Positions 10,891 to 24,700 of a DNA stretch of 64,000 nt are shown here, one piece after another. A program made the position numbers and the translations under genes. Position 1 is the stretch's first letter; every line of letters starts with the position of its first letter. The stretch comes from Auanema rhodensis (lineage: Eukaryota > Animalia > Nematoda), in assembly GCA_964057225.1 (NCBI GenBank), contig OZ059897.1, positions 1,674,001 to 1,738,000 on the forward strand, read 5' to 3'. The notes beneath the pieces were generated by a model. It had not been told where the DNA came from and searched no databases. It was given only the letters and a program-made list of their open reading frames with translations.

Positions 10891-13800
10891 GCATTAGTGT
10901 ATGTTGAGTTTCCATGTACACTCAACATTGCTTCCAAAAACATTTTGACAAAAATTTTCCCGAAAAATTTCAAGATAATTTTACGAAAAGTAGATGTTTT
11001 TAGATTTCTTTTTTTAAGGCGAAGACGATGGACAATGTTATTCAACGAAAAAATTGATTCTTCAGGGTGAAAATCGAGGATATAAGTGTGAACTTATATC
11101 AGTTGATATCTCGGTGCATTTTTAAGCTAGCGCAAATCTGATAACACAGATCGACGCAGCTTAAAAATCCGCATCGAATGCACTATACCACATTGAGAAA
11201 CGCTCAATACAAAAGTTATTTATGATTGTTTGAAAAATGATGCATTAGTGTATGTTGAGTTTCCATGTACACTCAACATTGCTTCCAAAAACATTTTGAC
11301 AAAAATTTTCCCGAAAAATTTCAAGATAATTTTACGAAAAGTAGATGTTTTTAGATTTCTTTTTTTAAGGCGAAGACGATGGACAATGTTATTCAACGAA
11401 AAAATTAATTCTTCAGGGTGAAAATCGAGGATTTAAGTGTGAACTTATATCAGTTGATATCTCGGTGCATTTTTAAGCTAGCGCAAATCTGATAACACAG
11501 ATCGACGCAGCTTAAAAATCCGCATCGAATGCACTATACTAAATTGAGAAACGTTCAATACGAAAATTATTTATGATTGTTCGAAAAATGATGCATTAGT
11601 GTATGTTGAGTTTCCATGTACACTCAACCTTGCTTCCAAAAACATTTTGACAAAAATTTTCCCGAAAAATTTCAAGATAATTTTACGAAAAGTAGATGTT
11701 TTTAGATTTCTTTTTTAAAGGCGAAGACGATGGACAATGTTATTCAACGAAAAAATTAATTCTTCAGGGTGAAAATCGAGGATTTAAGTGTGAACTTATA
11801 TCAGTTGATATCTCGGTGAATTTTTAAGCTAGCGCAAATCTGATAACACAGATCGACGCAGCTTAAAAATCCGCATCGAATGCACTATACTACATTGAAA
11901 AACGCTCAATACAAAAATTATTTATGATTGTTTGAAAAATGATGCATTAGTGTATGTTGAGTTTCCATGTACACTCAACATTGCTTCCAAAAACATTTTG
12001 ACAAAAATTTTCCCGAAAAATTTCAAGATAATTTTACAAAAACTAGATGTTTTTAGATTCCTTTTTTTAAGGCGAAAACGATGAACAATGTTATTCAACG
12101 AAAAAATTAATTCTTCAGGGTGAAAATCGAGGATATAAGTGTGAACTTATATCAGTTGATATCTTGGTGCATTTTTAAGCTAGCGCAAATCTGATAACAC
12201 AGATCGACGCAGCTTAAAAATCCGCATCGAATGCATTATATAACATTGAAAAACGCTCAATACAAAAATTATTTATGATTGTTTGAAAAATGATGCATTA
12301 GTGTATGTTGAGTTTCCATGTACACTCAACATTGCTTCCAAAAACATTTTGACAAAAATTTTCCCGAAAAATTTCAAGATAATTTCACGAAAAGTAGATG
12401 TTTTTAGATTCCTTTTTTCAAGGCGAAGACGATGAACAATGTTATTCAACGAAAAAATTAATTCTTCAGGGTGAAAATCGAGGATATAAGTGTGAACTTA
12501 TATCAGTTGATATCTCGGTGAATTTTTAAGCTAGCGCAAATCTGATAACACAGATCGACGCAGCTTAAAAATCCACATCGAATGCATTATACTACATTGA
12601 GAAACGTTCAATACAAAAATTATCTATGATTGTTCGAAAAATGATGCATTAGTGTATGTTGAGTTTCCATGTACACTCAACATTGCTTCCAAAAACATTT
12701 TGACAAAAATTTTCCCGAAAAATTTCAAGATAATTTTACGAAAAGTAGATGTTTTTAGGTTTCTTTTTTTAAGGCGAAGACGATGGACAATGTTATTCAA
12801 CGAAAAAATTAATTCTTCAGGGTGAAAATCGAGGATATAAGTGTGAACTTATATCAGTTGATATCTCGGTGCATTTTTAAGCTAGCGCAAATCTGATAAC
12901 ACAGATCGACGCAGCTTAAAAATCCGCATCGAATGCATTATACTACATTGAGAAACGTTCAATACAAAAATTATCTATGATTGTTCGAAAAATGATGCAT
13001 TAGTGTATGTTGAGTTTCCATGTACACTCAACATTGCTTCCAAAAACATTTTGACAAAAATTTTCCCGAAAAATTTCAAGATAATTTTACAAAAACTAGA
13101 TGTTTTTAGATTCCTTTTTTTAAGGCGAAAACGATGAACAATGTTATTCAACGAAAAAATTAATTCTTCAGGGTGAAAATCGAGGATATAAGTGTGAACT
13201 TATATCAGTTGATATCTTGGTGCATTTTTAAGCTAGCGCAAATCTGATAACACAGATCGACGCAGCTTAAAAATCCGCATCGAATGCACTATACCACATT
13301 GAGAAACGCTCAATACAAAAGTTATTTATGATTGTTTGAAAAATGATGCATTAGTGTATGTTGAGTTTCCATGTACACTCAACATTGCTTCCAAAAACAT
13401 TTTGACAAAAATTTTCCCGAAAAATTTCAAGATAATTTTACGAAAAATAGATGTTTTTAGATTTCTTTTTTTAAGGCGAAGAGGATGGACAATGTTATTC
13501 AACGAAAAAATTAATTCTTCAGGGTGAAAATCGAGGATATAAGTGTGAACTTATATCAGTTGATATCTCGGTGAATTTTTAAGCTAGCGCAAATCTGATA
13601 ACACAGATCGACGCAGCTTAAAAATCCACATCGAATGCATTATACTACATTGAGAAACGTTCAATACAAAAATTATCTATGATTGTTCGAAAAATGATGC
13701 ATTAGTGTATGTTGAGTTTCCATGTACACTCAACATTGCTTCCAAAAACATTTTGACAAAAATTTTCCCGAAAAATTTCAAGATAATTTTACGAAAAGTA

Positions 13801-16800
13801 GATGTTTTTAGATTTCTTTTTTTAAGGCGAAGACGATGGACAATGTTATTCAACGAAAAAATTGATTCTTCAGGGTGAAAATCGAGGATATAAGTGTGAA
13901 CTTATATCAGTTGATATCTCGGTGCATTTTTAAGCTAGCGCAAATCTGATAACACAGATCGACGCAGCTTAAAAATCCGCATCGAATGCACTATACCACA
14001 TTGAGAAACGCTCAATACAAAAGTTATTTATGATTGTTTGAAAAATGATGCATTAGTGTATGTTGAGTTTCCATGTACACTCAACATTGCTTCCAAAAAC
14101 ATTTTGACAAAAATTTTCCCGAAAAATTTCAAGATAATTTTACGAAAAGTAGATGTTTTTAGATTTCTTTTTTTAAGGCGAAGACGATGGACAATGTTAT
14201 TCAACGAAAAAATTAATTCTTCAGGGTGAAAATCGAGGATTTAAGTGTGAACTTATATCAGTTGATATCTCGGTGCATTTTTAAGCTAGCGCAAATCTGA
14301 TAACACAGATCGACGCAGCTTAAAAATCCGCATCGAATGCACTATACTAAATTGAGAAACGTTCAATACGAAAATTATTTATGATTGTTCGAAAAATGAT
14401 GCATTAGTGTATGTTGAGTTTCCATGTACACTCAACCTTGCTTCCAAAAACATTTTGACAAAAATTTTCCCGAAAAATTTCAAGATAATTTTACGAAAAG
14501 TAGATGTTTTTAGATTTCTTTTTTAAAGGCGAAGACGATGGACAATGTTATTCAACGAAAAAATTAATTCTTCAGGGTGAAAATCGAGGATTTAAGTGTG
14601 AACTTATATCAGTTGATATCTCGGTGAATTTTTAAGCTAGCGCAAATCTGATAACACAGATCGACGCAGCTTAAAAATCCGCATCGAATGCACTATACTA
14701 CATTGAAAAACGCTCAATACAAAAATTATTTATGATTGTTTGAAAAATGATGCATTAGTGTATGTTGAGTTTCCATGTACACTCAACATTGCTTCCAAAA
14801 ACATTTTGACAAAAATTTTCCCGAAAAATTTCAAGATAATTTTACAAAAACTAGATGTTTTTAGATTCCTTTTTTTAAGGCGAAGACGATGAACAATGTT
14901 ATTCAACGAAAAAATTAATTCTTCAGGGTGAAAATCGAGGATATAAGTGTGAACTTATATCAGTTGATATCTTGGTGCATTTTTAAGCTAGCGCAAATCT
15001 GATAACACAGATCGACGCAGCTTAAAAATCCGCATCGAATGCATTATATAACATTGAAAAACGCTCAATACAAAAATTATTTATGATTGTTTGAAAAATG
15101 ATGCATTAGTGTATGTTGAGTTTCCATGTACACTCAACATTGCTTCCAAAAACATTTTGACAAAAATTTTCCCGAAAAATTTCAAGATAATTTCACGAAA
15201 AGTAGATGTTTTTAGATTCCTTTTTTCAAGGCGAAGACGATGAACAATGTTATTCAACGAAAAAATTAATTCTTCAGGGTGAAAATCGAGGATATAAGTG
15301 TGAACTTATATCAGTTGATATCTCGGTGAATTTTTAAGCTAGCGCAAATCTGATAACACAGATCGACGCAGCTTAAAAATCCACATCGAATGCATTATAC
15401 TACATTGAGAAACGTTCAATACAAAAATTATCTATGATTGTTCGAAAAATGATGCATTAGTGTATGTTGAGTTTCCATGTACACTCAACATTGCTTCCAA
15501 AAACATTTTGACAAAAATTTTCCCGAAAAATTTCAAGATAATTTTACGAAAAGTAGATGTTTTTAGATTTCTTTTTTTAAGGCGAAGACGATGGACAATG
15601 TTATTCAACGAAAAAATTGATTCTTCAGGGTGAAAATCGAGGATATAAGTGTGAACTTATATCAGTTGATATCTCGGTGCATTTTTAAGCTAGCGCAAAT
15701 CTGATAACACAGATCGACGCAGCTTAAAAATCCGCATCGAATGCACTATACCACATTGAGAAACGCTCAATACAAAAGTTATTTATGATTGTTTGAAAAA
15801 TGATGCATTAGTGTATGTTGAGTTTCCATGTACACTCAACATTGCTTCCAAAAACATTTTGACAAAAATTTTCCCGAAAAATTTCAAGATAATTTTACGA
15901 AAAGTAGATGTTTTTAGATTTCTTTTTTTAAGGCGAAGACGATGGACAATGTTATTCAACGAAAAAATTAATTCTTCAGGGTGAAAATCGAGGATTTAAG
16001 TGTGAACTTATATCAGTTGATATCTCGGTGCATTTTTAAGCTAGCGCAAATCTGATAACACAGATCGACGCAGCTTAAAAATCCGCATCGAATGCACTAT
16101 ACTAAATTGAGAAACGTTCAATACGAAAATTATTTATGATTGTTCGAAAAATGATGCATTAGTGTATGTTGAGTTTCCATGTACACTCAACATTGCTTCC
16201 AAAAACATTTTGACAAAAATTTTCCCGAAAAATTTCAAGATAATTTTACGAAAAGTAGGTGTTTTTAGATTTCTTTTTTCAAGGCGAAGACGATGAACAA
16301 TGTTATTCAACGAAAAAATTAATTCTTCAGGGTGAAAATCGAGGATATAAGTGTGAACTTATATCAGTTGATATCTCGGTGAATTTTTAAGCTAGCGCAA
16401 ATCTGATAACACAGATCGACGCAGCTTAAAAATCCACATCGAATGCATTATACTACATTGAGAAACGTTCAATACAAAAATTATCTATGATTGTTCGAAA
16501 AATGATGCATTAGTGTATGTTGAGTTTCCATGTACACTCAACATTGCTTCCAAAAACATTTTGACAAAAATTTTCCCGAAAAATTTCAAGATAATTTTAC
16601 GAAAAGTAGATGTTTTTAGATTTCTTTTTTTAAGGCGAAGACGATGGACAATGTTATTCAACGAAAAAATTAATTCTTCAGGGTGAAAATCGAGGATATA
16701 AGTGTGAACTTATATCAGTTGATATCTCGGTGCATTTTTAAGCTAGCGCAAATCTGATAACACAGATCGACGCAGCTTAAAAATCCGCATCGAATGCATT

Positions 16801-19800
16801 ATACTACATTGAGAAACGTTCAATACAAAAATTATCTATGATTGTTCGAAAAATGATGCATTAGTGTATGTTGAGTTTCCATGTACACTCAACATTGCTT
16901 CCAAAAACATTTTGACAAAAATTTTCCCGAAAAATTTCAAGATAATTTTACGAAAAGTAGATGTTTTTAGATTTCTTTTTTTAAGGCGAAGACGATGGAC
17001 AATGTTATTCAACGAAAAAATTGATTCTTCAGGGTGAAAATCGAGGATATAAGTGTGAACTTATATCAGTTGATATCTCGGTGCATTTTTAAGCTAGCGC
17101 AAATCTGATAACACAGATCGACGCAGCTTAAAAATCCGCATCGAATGCACTATACCACATTGAGAAACGCTCAATACAAAAGTTATTTATGATTGTTTGA
17201 AAAATGATGCATTAGTGTATGTTGAGTTTCCATGTACACTCAACATTGCTTCCAAAAACATTTTGACAAAAATTTTCCCGAAAAATTTCAAGATAATTTT
17301 ACGAAAAGTAGATGTTTTTAGATTTCTTTTTTTAAGGCGAAGACGATGGACAATGTTATTCAACGAAAAAATTAATTCTTCAGGGTGAAAATCGAGGATT
17401 TAAGTGTGAACTTATATCAGTTGATATCTCGGTGCATTTTTAAGCTAGCGCAAATCTGATAACACAGATCGACGCAGCTTAAAAATACGCATCGAATGCA
17501 CTATACTAAATTGAGAAACGTTCAATACGAAAATTATTTATGATTGTTCGAAAAATGATGCATTAGTGTATGTTGAGTTTCCATGTACACTCAACCTTGC
17601 TTCCAAAAACATTTTGACAAAAATTTTCCCGAAAAATTTCAAGATAATTTTACGAAAAGTAGATGTTTTTAGATTTCTTTTTTGAAGGCGAAGACGATGG
17701 ACAATGTTATTCAACGAAAAAATTAATTCTTCAGGGTGAAAATCGAGGATTTAAGTGTGAACTTATATCAGTTGATATCTCGGTGAATTTTTAAGCTAGC
17801 GCAAATCTGATAACACAGATCGACGCAGCTTAAAAATCCGCATCGAATGCACTATACTACATTGAAAAACGCTCAATACAAAAATTATTTATGATTGTTT
17901 GAAAAATGATGCATTAGTGTATGTTGAGTTTCCATGTACACTCAACATTGCTTCCAAAAACATTTTGACAAAAATTTTCCCGAAAAATTTCAAGATAATT
18001 TTACAAAAACTAGATGTTTTTAGATTCCTTTTTTTAAGGCGAAGACGATGAACAATGTTATTCAACGAAAAAATTAATTCTTCAGGGTGAAAATCGAGGA
18101 TATAAGTGTGAACTTATATCAGTTGATATCTTGGTGCATTTTTAAGCTAGCGCAAATCTGATAACACAGATCGACGCAGCTTAAAAATCCGCATCGAATG
18201 CATTATATAACATTGAAAAACGCTCAATACAAAAATTATTTATGATTGTTTGAAAAATGATGCATTAGTGTATGTTGAGTTTCCATGTACACTCAACATT
18301 GCTTCCAAAAACATTTTGACAAAAATTTTCCCGAAAAATTTCAAGATAATTTCACGAAAAGTAGATGTTTTTAGATTCCTTTTTTCAAGGCGAAGACGAT
18401 GAACAATGTTATTCAACGAAAAAATTAATTCTTCAGGGTGAAAATCGAGGATATAAGTGTGAACTTATATCAGTTGATATCTCGGTGAATTTTTAAGCTA
18501 GCGCAAATCTGATAACACAGATCGACGCAGCTTAAAAATCCACATCGAATGCATTATACTACATTGAGAAACGTTCAATACAAAAATTATCTATGATTGT
18601 TCGAAAAATGATGCATTAGTGTATGTTGAGTTTCCATGTACACTCAACATTGCTTCCAAAAACATTTTGACAAAAATTTTCCCGAAAAATTTCAAGATAA
18701 TTTTACGAAAAGTAGATGTTTTTAGATTTCTTTTTTTAAGGCGAAGACGATGGACAATGTTATTCAACGAAAAAATTAATTCTTCAGGGTGAAAATCGAG
18801 GATATAAGTGTGAACTTATATCAGTTGATATCTCGGTGCATTTTTAAGCTAGCGCAAATCTGATAACACAGATCGACGCAGCTTAAAAATCCGCATCGAA
18901 TGCATTATACTACATTGAGAAACGTTCAATACAAAAATTATCTATGATTGTTCGAAAAATGATGCATTAGTGTATGTTGAGTTTCCATGTACACTCAACA
19001 TTGCTTCCAAAAACATTTTGACAAAAATTTTCCCGAAAAATTTCAAGATAATTTTACGAAAAGTAGATGTTTTTAGATTTCTTTTTTTAAGGCGAAGACG
19101 ATGGACAATGTTATTCAACGAAAAAATTGATTCTTCAGGGTGAAAATCGAGGATATAAGTGTGAACTTATATCAGTTGATATCTCGGTGCATTTTTAAGC
19201 TAGCGCAAATCTGATAACACAGATCGACGCAGCTTAAAAATCCGCATCGAATGCACTATACCACATTGAGAAACGCTCAATACAAAAGTTATTTATGATT
19301 GTTTGAAAAATGATGCATTAGTGTATGTTGAGTTTCCATGTACACTCAACATTGCTTCCAAAAACATTTTGACAAAAATTTTCCCGAAAAATTTCAAGAT
19401 AATTTTACGAAAAGTAGATGTTTTTAGATTTCTTTTTTTAAGGCGGAGACGATGGACAATGTTATTCAACGAAAAAATTAATTCTTCAGGGTGAAAATCG
19501 AGGATTTAAGTGTGAACTTATATCAGTTGATATCTCGGTGCATTTTTAAGCTAGCGCAAATCTGATAACACAGATCGACGCAGCTTAAAAATCCGCATCG
19601 AATGCACTATACTAAATTGAGAAACGTTCAATACGAAAATTATTTATGATTGTTCGAAAAATGATGCATTAGTGTATGTTGAGTTTCCATGTACACTCAA
19701 CCTTGCTTCCAAAAACATTTTGACAAAAATTTTCCCGAAAAATTTCAAGATAATTTTACGAAAAGTAGATGTTTTTAGATTTCTTTTTTAAAGGCGAAGA

Positions 19801-20367
19801 CGATGGACAATGTTATTCAACGAAAAAATTAATTCTTCAGGGTGAAAATCGAGGATTTAAGTGTGAACTTATATCAGTTGATATCTCGGTGAATTTTTAA
19901 GCTAGCGCAAATCTGATAACACAGATCGACGCAGCTTAAAAATCCGCATCGAATGCACTATACTACATTGAAAAACGCTCAATACAAAAATTATTTATGA
20001 TTGTTTGAAAAATGATGCATTAGTGTATGTTGAGTTTCCATGTACACTCAACATTGCTTCCAAAAACATTTTGACAAAAATTTTCCCGAAAAATTTCAAG
20101 ATAATTTTACAAAAACTAGATGTTTTTAGATTCCTTTTTTTAAGGCGAAGACGATGAACAATGTTATTCAACGAAAAAATTAATTCTTCAGGGTGAAAAT
20201 CGAGGATATAAGTGTGAACTTATATCAGTTGATATCTTGGTGCATTTTTAAGCTAGCGCAAATCTGATAACACAGATCGACGCAGCTTAAAAATCCGCAT
20301 CGAATGCATTATATAACATTGAAAAACGCTCAATACAAAAATTATTTATGATTGTTTGAAAAATGAT
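10891..20367. repeat. 5/6-mer higher-order repeat domain (A-B-C-D-E[-F]), about 5 variably complete copies
   Basis: A marker ATTGATTC in monomers at 10891, 13699, 15454, 16858, 18964; C marker CAACCTTG at 11593, 14401, 17560, 19666; D marker ACAAAAACTAG; E marker AATCCACATC. Confidence 0.8.
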
Positions 20368-21709
20368 GCATTAGTGTATGTTGAGTTTCCATGTACACTC
20401 AACATTGCTTCCAAAAACATTTTGACAAAAATTTTCCCGAAAAATTTCAAGATAATTTCACGAAAAGTAGATGTTTTTAGATTCCTTTTTTTAAGGCGAA
20501 GACGATGAACAATGTTATTCAACGAAAAAATTAATTCTTCAGGGTGAAAATCGAGGATATAAGTGTGAACTTATATCAGTTGATATCTTGGTGCATTTTT
20601 AAGCTAGCGCAAATCTGATAACACAGATCGACGCAGCTTAAAAATCCGCATCGAATGCATTATATAACATTGAAAAACGCTCAATACAAAAATTATTTAT
20701 GATTGTTTGAAAAATGATGCATTAGTGTATGTTGAGTTTCCATGTACACTCAACATTGCTTCCAAAAACATTTTGACAAAAATTTTCCCGAAAAATTTCA
20801 AGATAATTTAACAAAGAGTAGATGTTTTTAGATTCTTTTTTTCAAGGCGAAGACGATGGACAATGTTATTCAACGAAAAAATTAATTCTTCAGGGTGAAA
20901 ATCGAGGATATAAGTGTGAACTTATATTAGTTGATATCTTGGTGCATTTTTAAGCTAGCGCAAATCTGATAACACAGATCGACGCAGCTTAAAAATTTGT
21001 TTTGAATGCACTATACCACATTGAAAAACGCTCAATACAAAAATTATTTATGATTGTTTGAAAAATGATGCATTAGTGTATGTTGAGTTTCCATGTACAC
21101 TCAACATTGCTTCCAAAAACATTTTGACCAAAATTTTCCCGAAAAATTTCAAGATAATTTAACAAAGAGTAGATGTTTTTAGATTCTTTTTTTCAAGGCG
21201 AAGACGATGGACAATGTTATTCAACGAAAAAATTAATTCTTCAGGGTGAAAATCGAGGATATAAGTGTGAACTTATATCAGTTGATATCTTGGTGCATTT
21301 TTAAGCTAGCGCAAATCTGATAACACAGATCGACGCAGCTTAAAAATCCGCATCGAATGCATTATATAACATTGAAAAACGCTCAATACAAAAATTATTT
21401 ATGATTGTTTGAAAAATGATGCATTAGTGTATGTTGAGTTTCCATGTACACTCAACATTGCTTCCAAAAACATTTTGACCAAAATTTTCCCGAAAAATTT
21501 CAAGATAATTTAACAAAGAGTAGATGTTTTTAGATTCTTTTTTTCAAGGCGAAGACGATGGACAATGTTATTCAACGAAAAAATTAATTCTTCAGGGTGA
21601 AAATCGAGGATATAAGTGTGAACTTATATCAGTTGATATCTTGGTGCATTTTTAAGCTAGCGCAAATCTGATAACACAGATCGACGCAGCTTAAAAATTT
21701 GTTTTGAAT

Positions 21710-24700
21710 GCACTATACCACATTGAAAAACGCTCAATACAAAAATTATTTATGATTGTTTGAAAAATGATGCATTAGTGTATGTTGAGTTTCCATGTAC
21801 ACTCAACATTGCTTCCAAAAACATTTTGACCAAAATTTTCCCGAAAAATTTCAAGATAATTTAACAAAGAGTAGATGTTTTTAGATTCTTTTTTTCAAGG
21901 CGAAGACGATGGACAATGTTATTCAACGAAAAAATTAATTCTTCAGGGTGAAAATCGAGGATATAAGTGTGAACTTATATCAGTTGATATCTTGGTGCAT
22001 TTTTAAGCAAGCGCAAATCTGATAACACAGATCGACGCAGCTTAAAAATTTGTTTTGAATGCACTATACCACATTGAGAAACGCTCAATACAAAAGTTAT
22101 TTATGATTGTTTGAAAAATGATGCATTAGTGTATGTTGAGTTTCCATGTACACTCAACATTGCTTCCAAAAACATTTTGACAAAAATTTTCCCGAAAAAT
22201 TTCAAGATAATTTTACGAAAAGTAGATGTTTTTAGATTTCTTTTTTTAAGGCGGAGACGATGGACAATGTTATTCAACGAAAAAATTAATTCTTCAGGGT
22301 GAAAATCGAGGATTTAAGTGTGAACTTATATCAGTTGATATCTCGGTGCATTTTTAAGCTAGCGCAAATCTGATAACACAGATCGACGCAGCTTAAAAAT
22401 CCGCATCGAATGCACTATACTAAATTGAGAAACGTTCAATACGAAAATTATTTATGATTGTTCGAAAAATGATGCATTAGTGTATGTTGAGTTTCCATGT
22501 ACACTCAACCTTGCTTCCAAAAACATTTTGACAAAAATTTTCCCGAAAAATTTCAAGATAATTTTACGAAAAGTAGATGTTTTTAGATTTCTTTTTTAAA
22601 GGCGAAGACGATGGACAATGTTATTCAACGAAAAAATTAATTCTTCAGGGTGAAAATCGAGGATTTAAGTGTGAACTTATATCAGTTGATATCTCGGTGA
22701 ATTTTTAAGCTAGCGCAAATCTGATAACACAGATCGACGCAGCTTAAAAATCCGCATCGAATGCACTATACTACATTGAAAAACGCTCAATACAAAAATT
22801 ATTTATGATTGTTTGAAAAATGATGCATTAGTGTATGTTGAGTTTCCATGTACACTCAACATTGCTTCCAAAAACATTTTGACAAAAATTTTCCCGAAAA
22901 ATTTCAAGATAATTTTACAAAAACTAGATGTTTTTAGATTCCTTTTTTTAAGGCGAAGACGATGGACAATGTTATTCAACGAAAAAATTAATTCTTCAGG
23001 GTGAAAATCGAGGATATAAGTGTGAACTTATATCAGTTGATATCTTGGTGCATTTTTAAGCTAGCGCAAATCTGATAACACAGATCGACGCAGCTTAAAA
23101 ATCCGCATCGAATGCATTATATAACATTGAAAAACGCTCAATACAAAAATTATTTATGATTGTTTGAAAAATGATGCATTAGTGTATGTTGAGTTTCCAT
23201 GTACACTCAACATTGCTTCCAAAAACATTTTGACAAAAATTTTCCCGAAAAATTTCAAGATAATTTCACGAAAAGTAGATGTTTTTAGATTCCTTTTTTT
23301 AAGGCGAAGACGATGAACAATGTTATTCAACGAAAAAATTAATTCTTCAGGGTGAAAATCGAGGATATAAGTGTGAACTTATATCAGTTGATATCTTGGT
23401 GCATTTTTAAGCTAGCGCAAATCTGATAACACAGATCGACGCAGCTTAAAAATTTGTTTTGAATGCACTATACCACATTGAGAAACGCTCAATACAAAAG
23501 TTATTTATGATTGTTTGAAAAATGATGCATTAGTGTATGTTGAGTTTCCATGTACACTCAACATTGCTTCCAAAAACATTTTGACCAAAATTTTCCCGAA
23601 AAATTTCAAGATAATTTCACGAAAAGTAGATGTTTTTAGATTCCTTTTTTTAAGGCGAAGACGATGGTAAATGTTATTTAACGAAAAAATTAATTCTTCA
23701 GGGTGAAAATCGAGGATATAAATGTGAACTTATATCAGTTGATATCTCGGTGCATTTTTAAGCTAGCGCAAATCTGATAACACAGATCGACGCAGCTTAA
23801 AAATCCGCATCGAATGCACTATACTACATTGAGAAACGTTCAATACAAAAATTAGTTATGATCGTTTGAAAAATGATGCATTAGTGTATGTTGAGTTTCC
23901 ATGTACACTCAACATTGCTTCCAAAAACATTTTGACCAAAATTTTCCCGAAAAATTTCAAGATAATTTCACGAAAAGTAGATGTTTTTAGATTCCTTTTT
24001 TAAGGCGAAGACGATGGTAAATGTTATTCAACGAAAAAATTAATTCTTCAGGGTGAAAATCGAGGATACAAGTGTGAACTTATATCAGTTGATATCTCGG
24101 TGAATTTTTAAGCTAGCGCAAATCTGATAACACAGATCGACGCAGCTTAAAAATCCGCATCGAATGCATTATATAACATTGAAAAACGCTCAATACAAAA
24201 AATATTTATGATTGTTCGAAAAATGATGCATTAGTGTATGTTGAGTTTCCATGTACACTCAACATTGCTTCCAAAAACATTTTGACCAAAATTTTCCCGA
24301 AAAATTTCAAGATAATTTCACGAAAAGTAGATGTTTTTAGATTCCTTTTTTTAAGGCGAAGACGATGAACAATGTTATTCAACGAAAAAATTAATTCTTC
24401 AGGGTGAAAATCGAGGATACAAGTGTGAACTTATATCAGTTGATATCTCGGTGAATTTTTAAGCTAGCGCAAATCTGACAACACAGATCGACGCAGCTTA
24501 AAAATCCGCATCGAATGCACTATACTACATTGAGAAACGTTCAATACAAAAATTATTTATGATTGTTCGAAAAATGATGCATTAGTGTATGTTGAGTTTC
24601 CATGTACACTCAACATTGCTTCCAAAAACATTTTGACAAAAATTTTCCCGAAAAATTTCAAGATAATTTTACGAAAAGTAGATGTTTTTAGATTTCTTTT

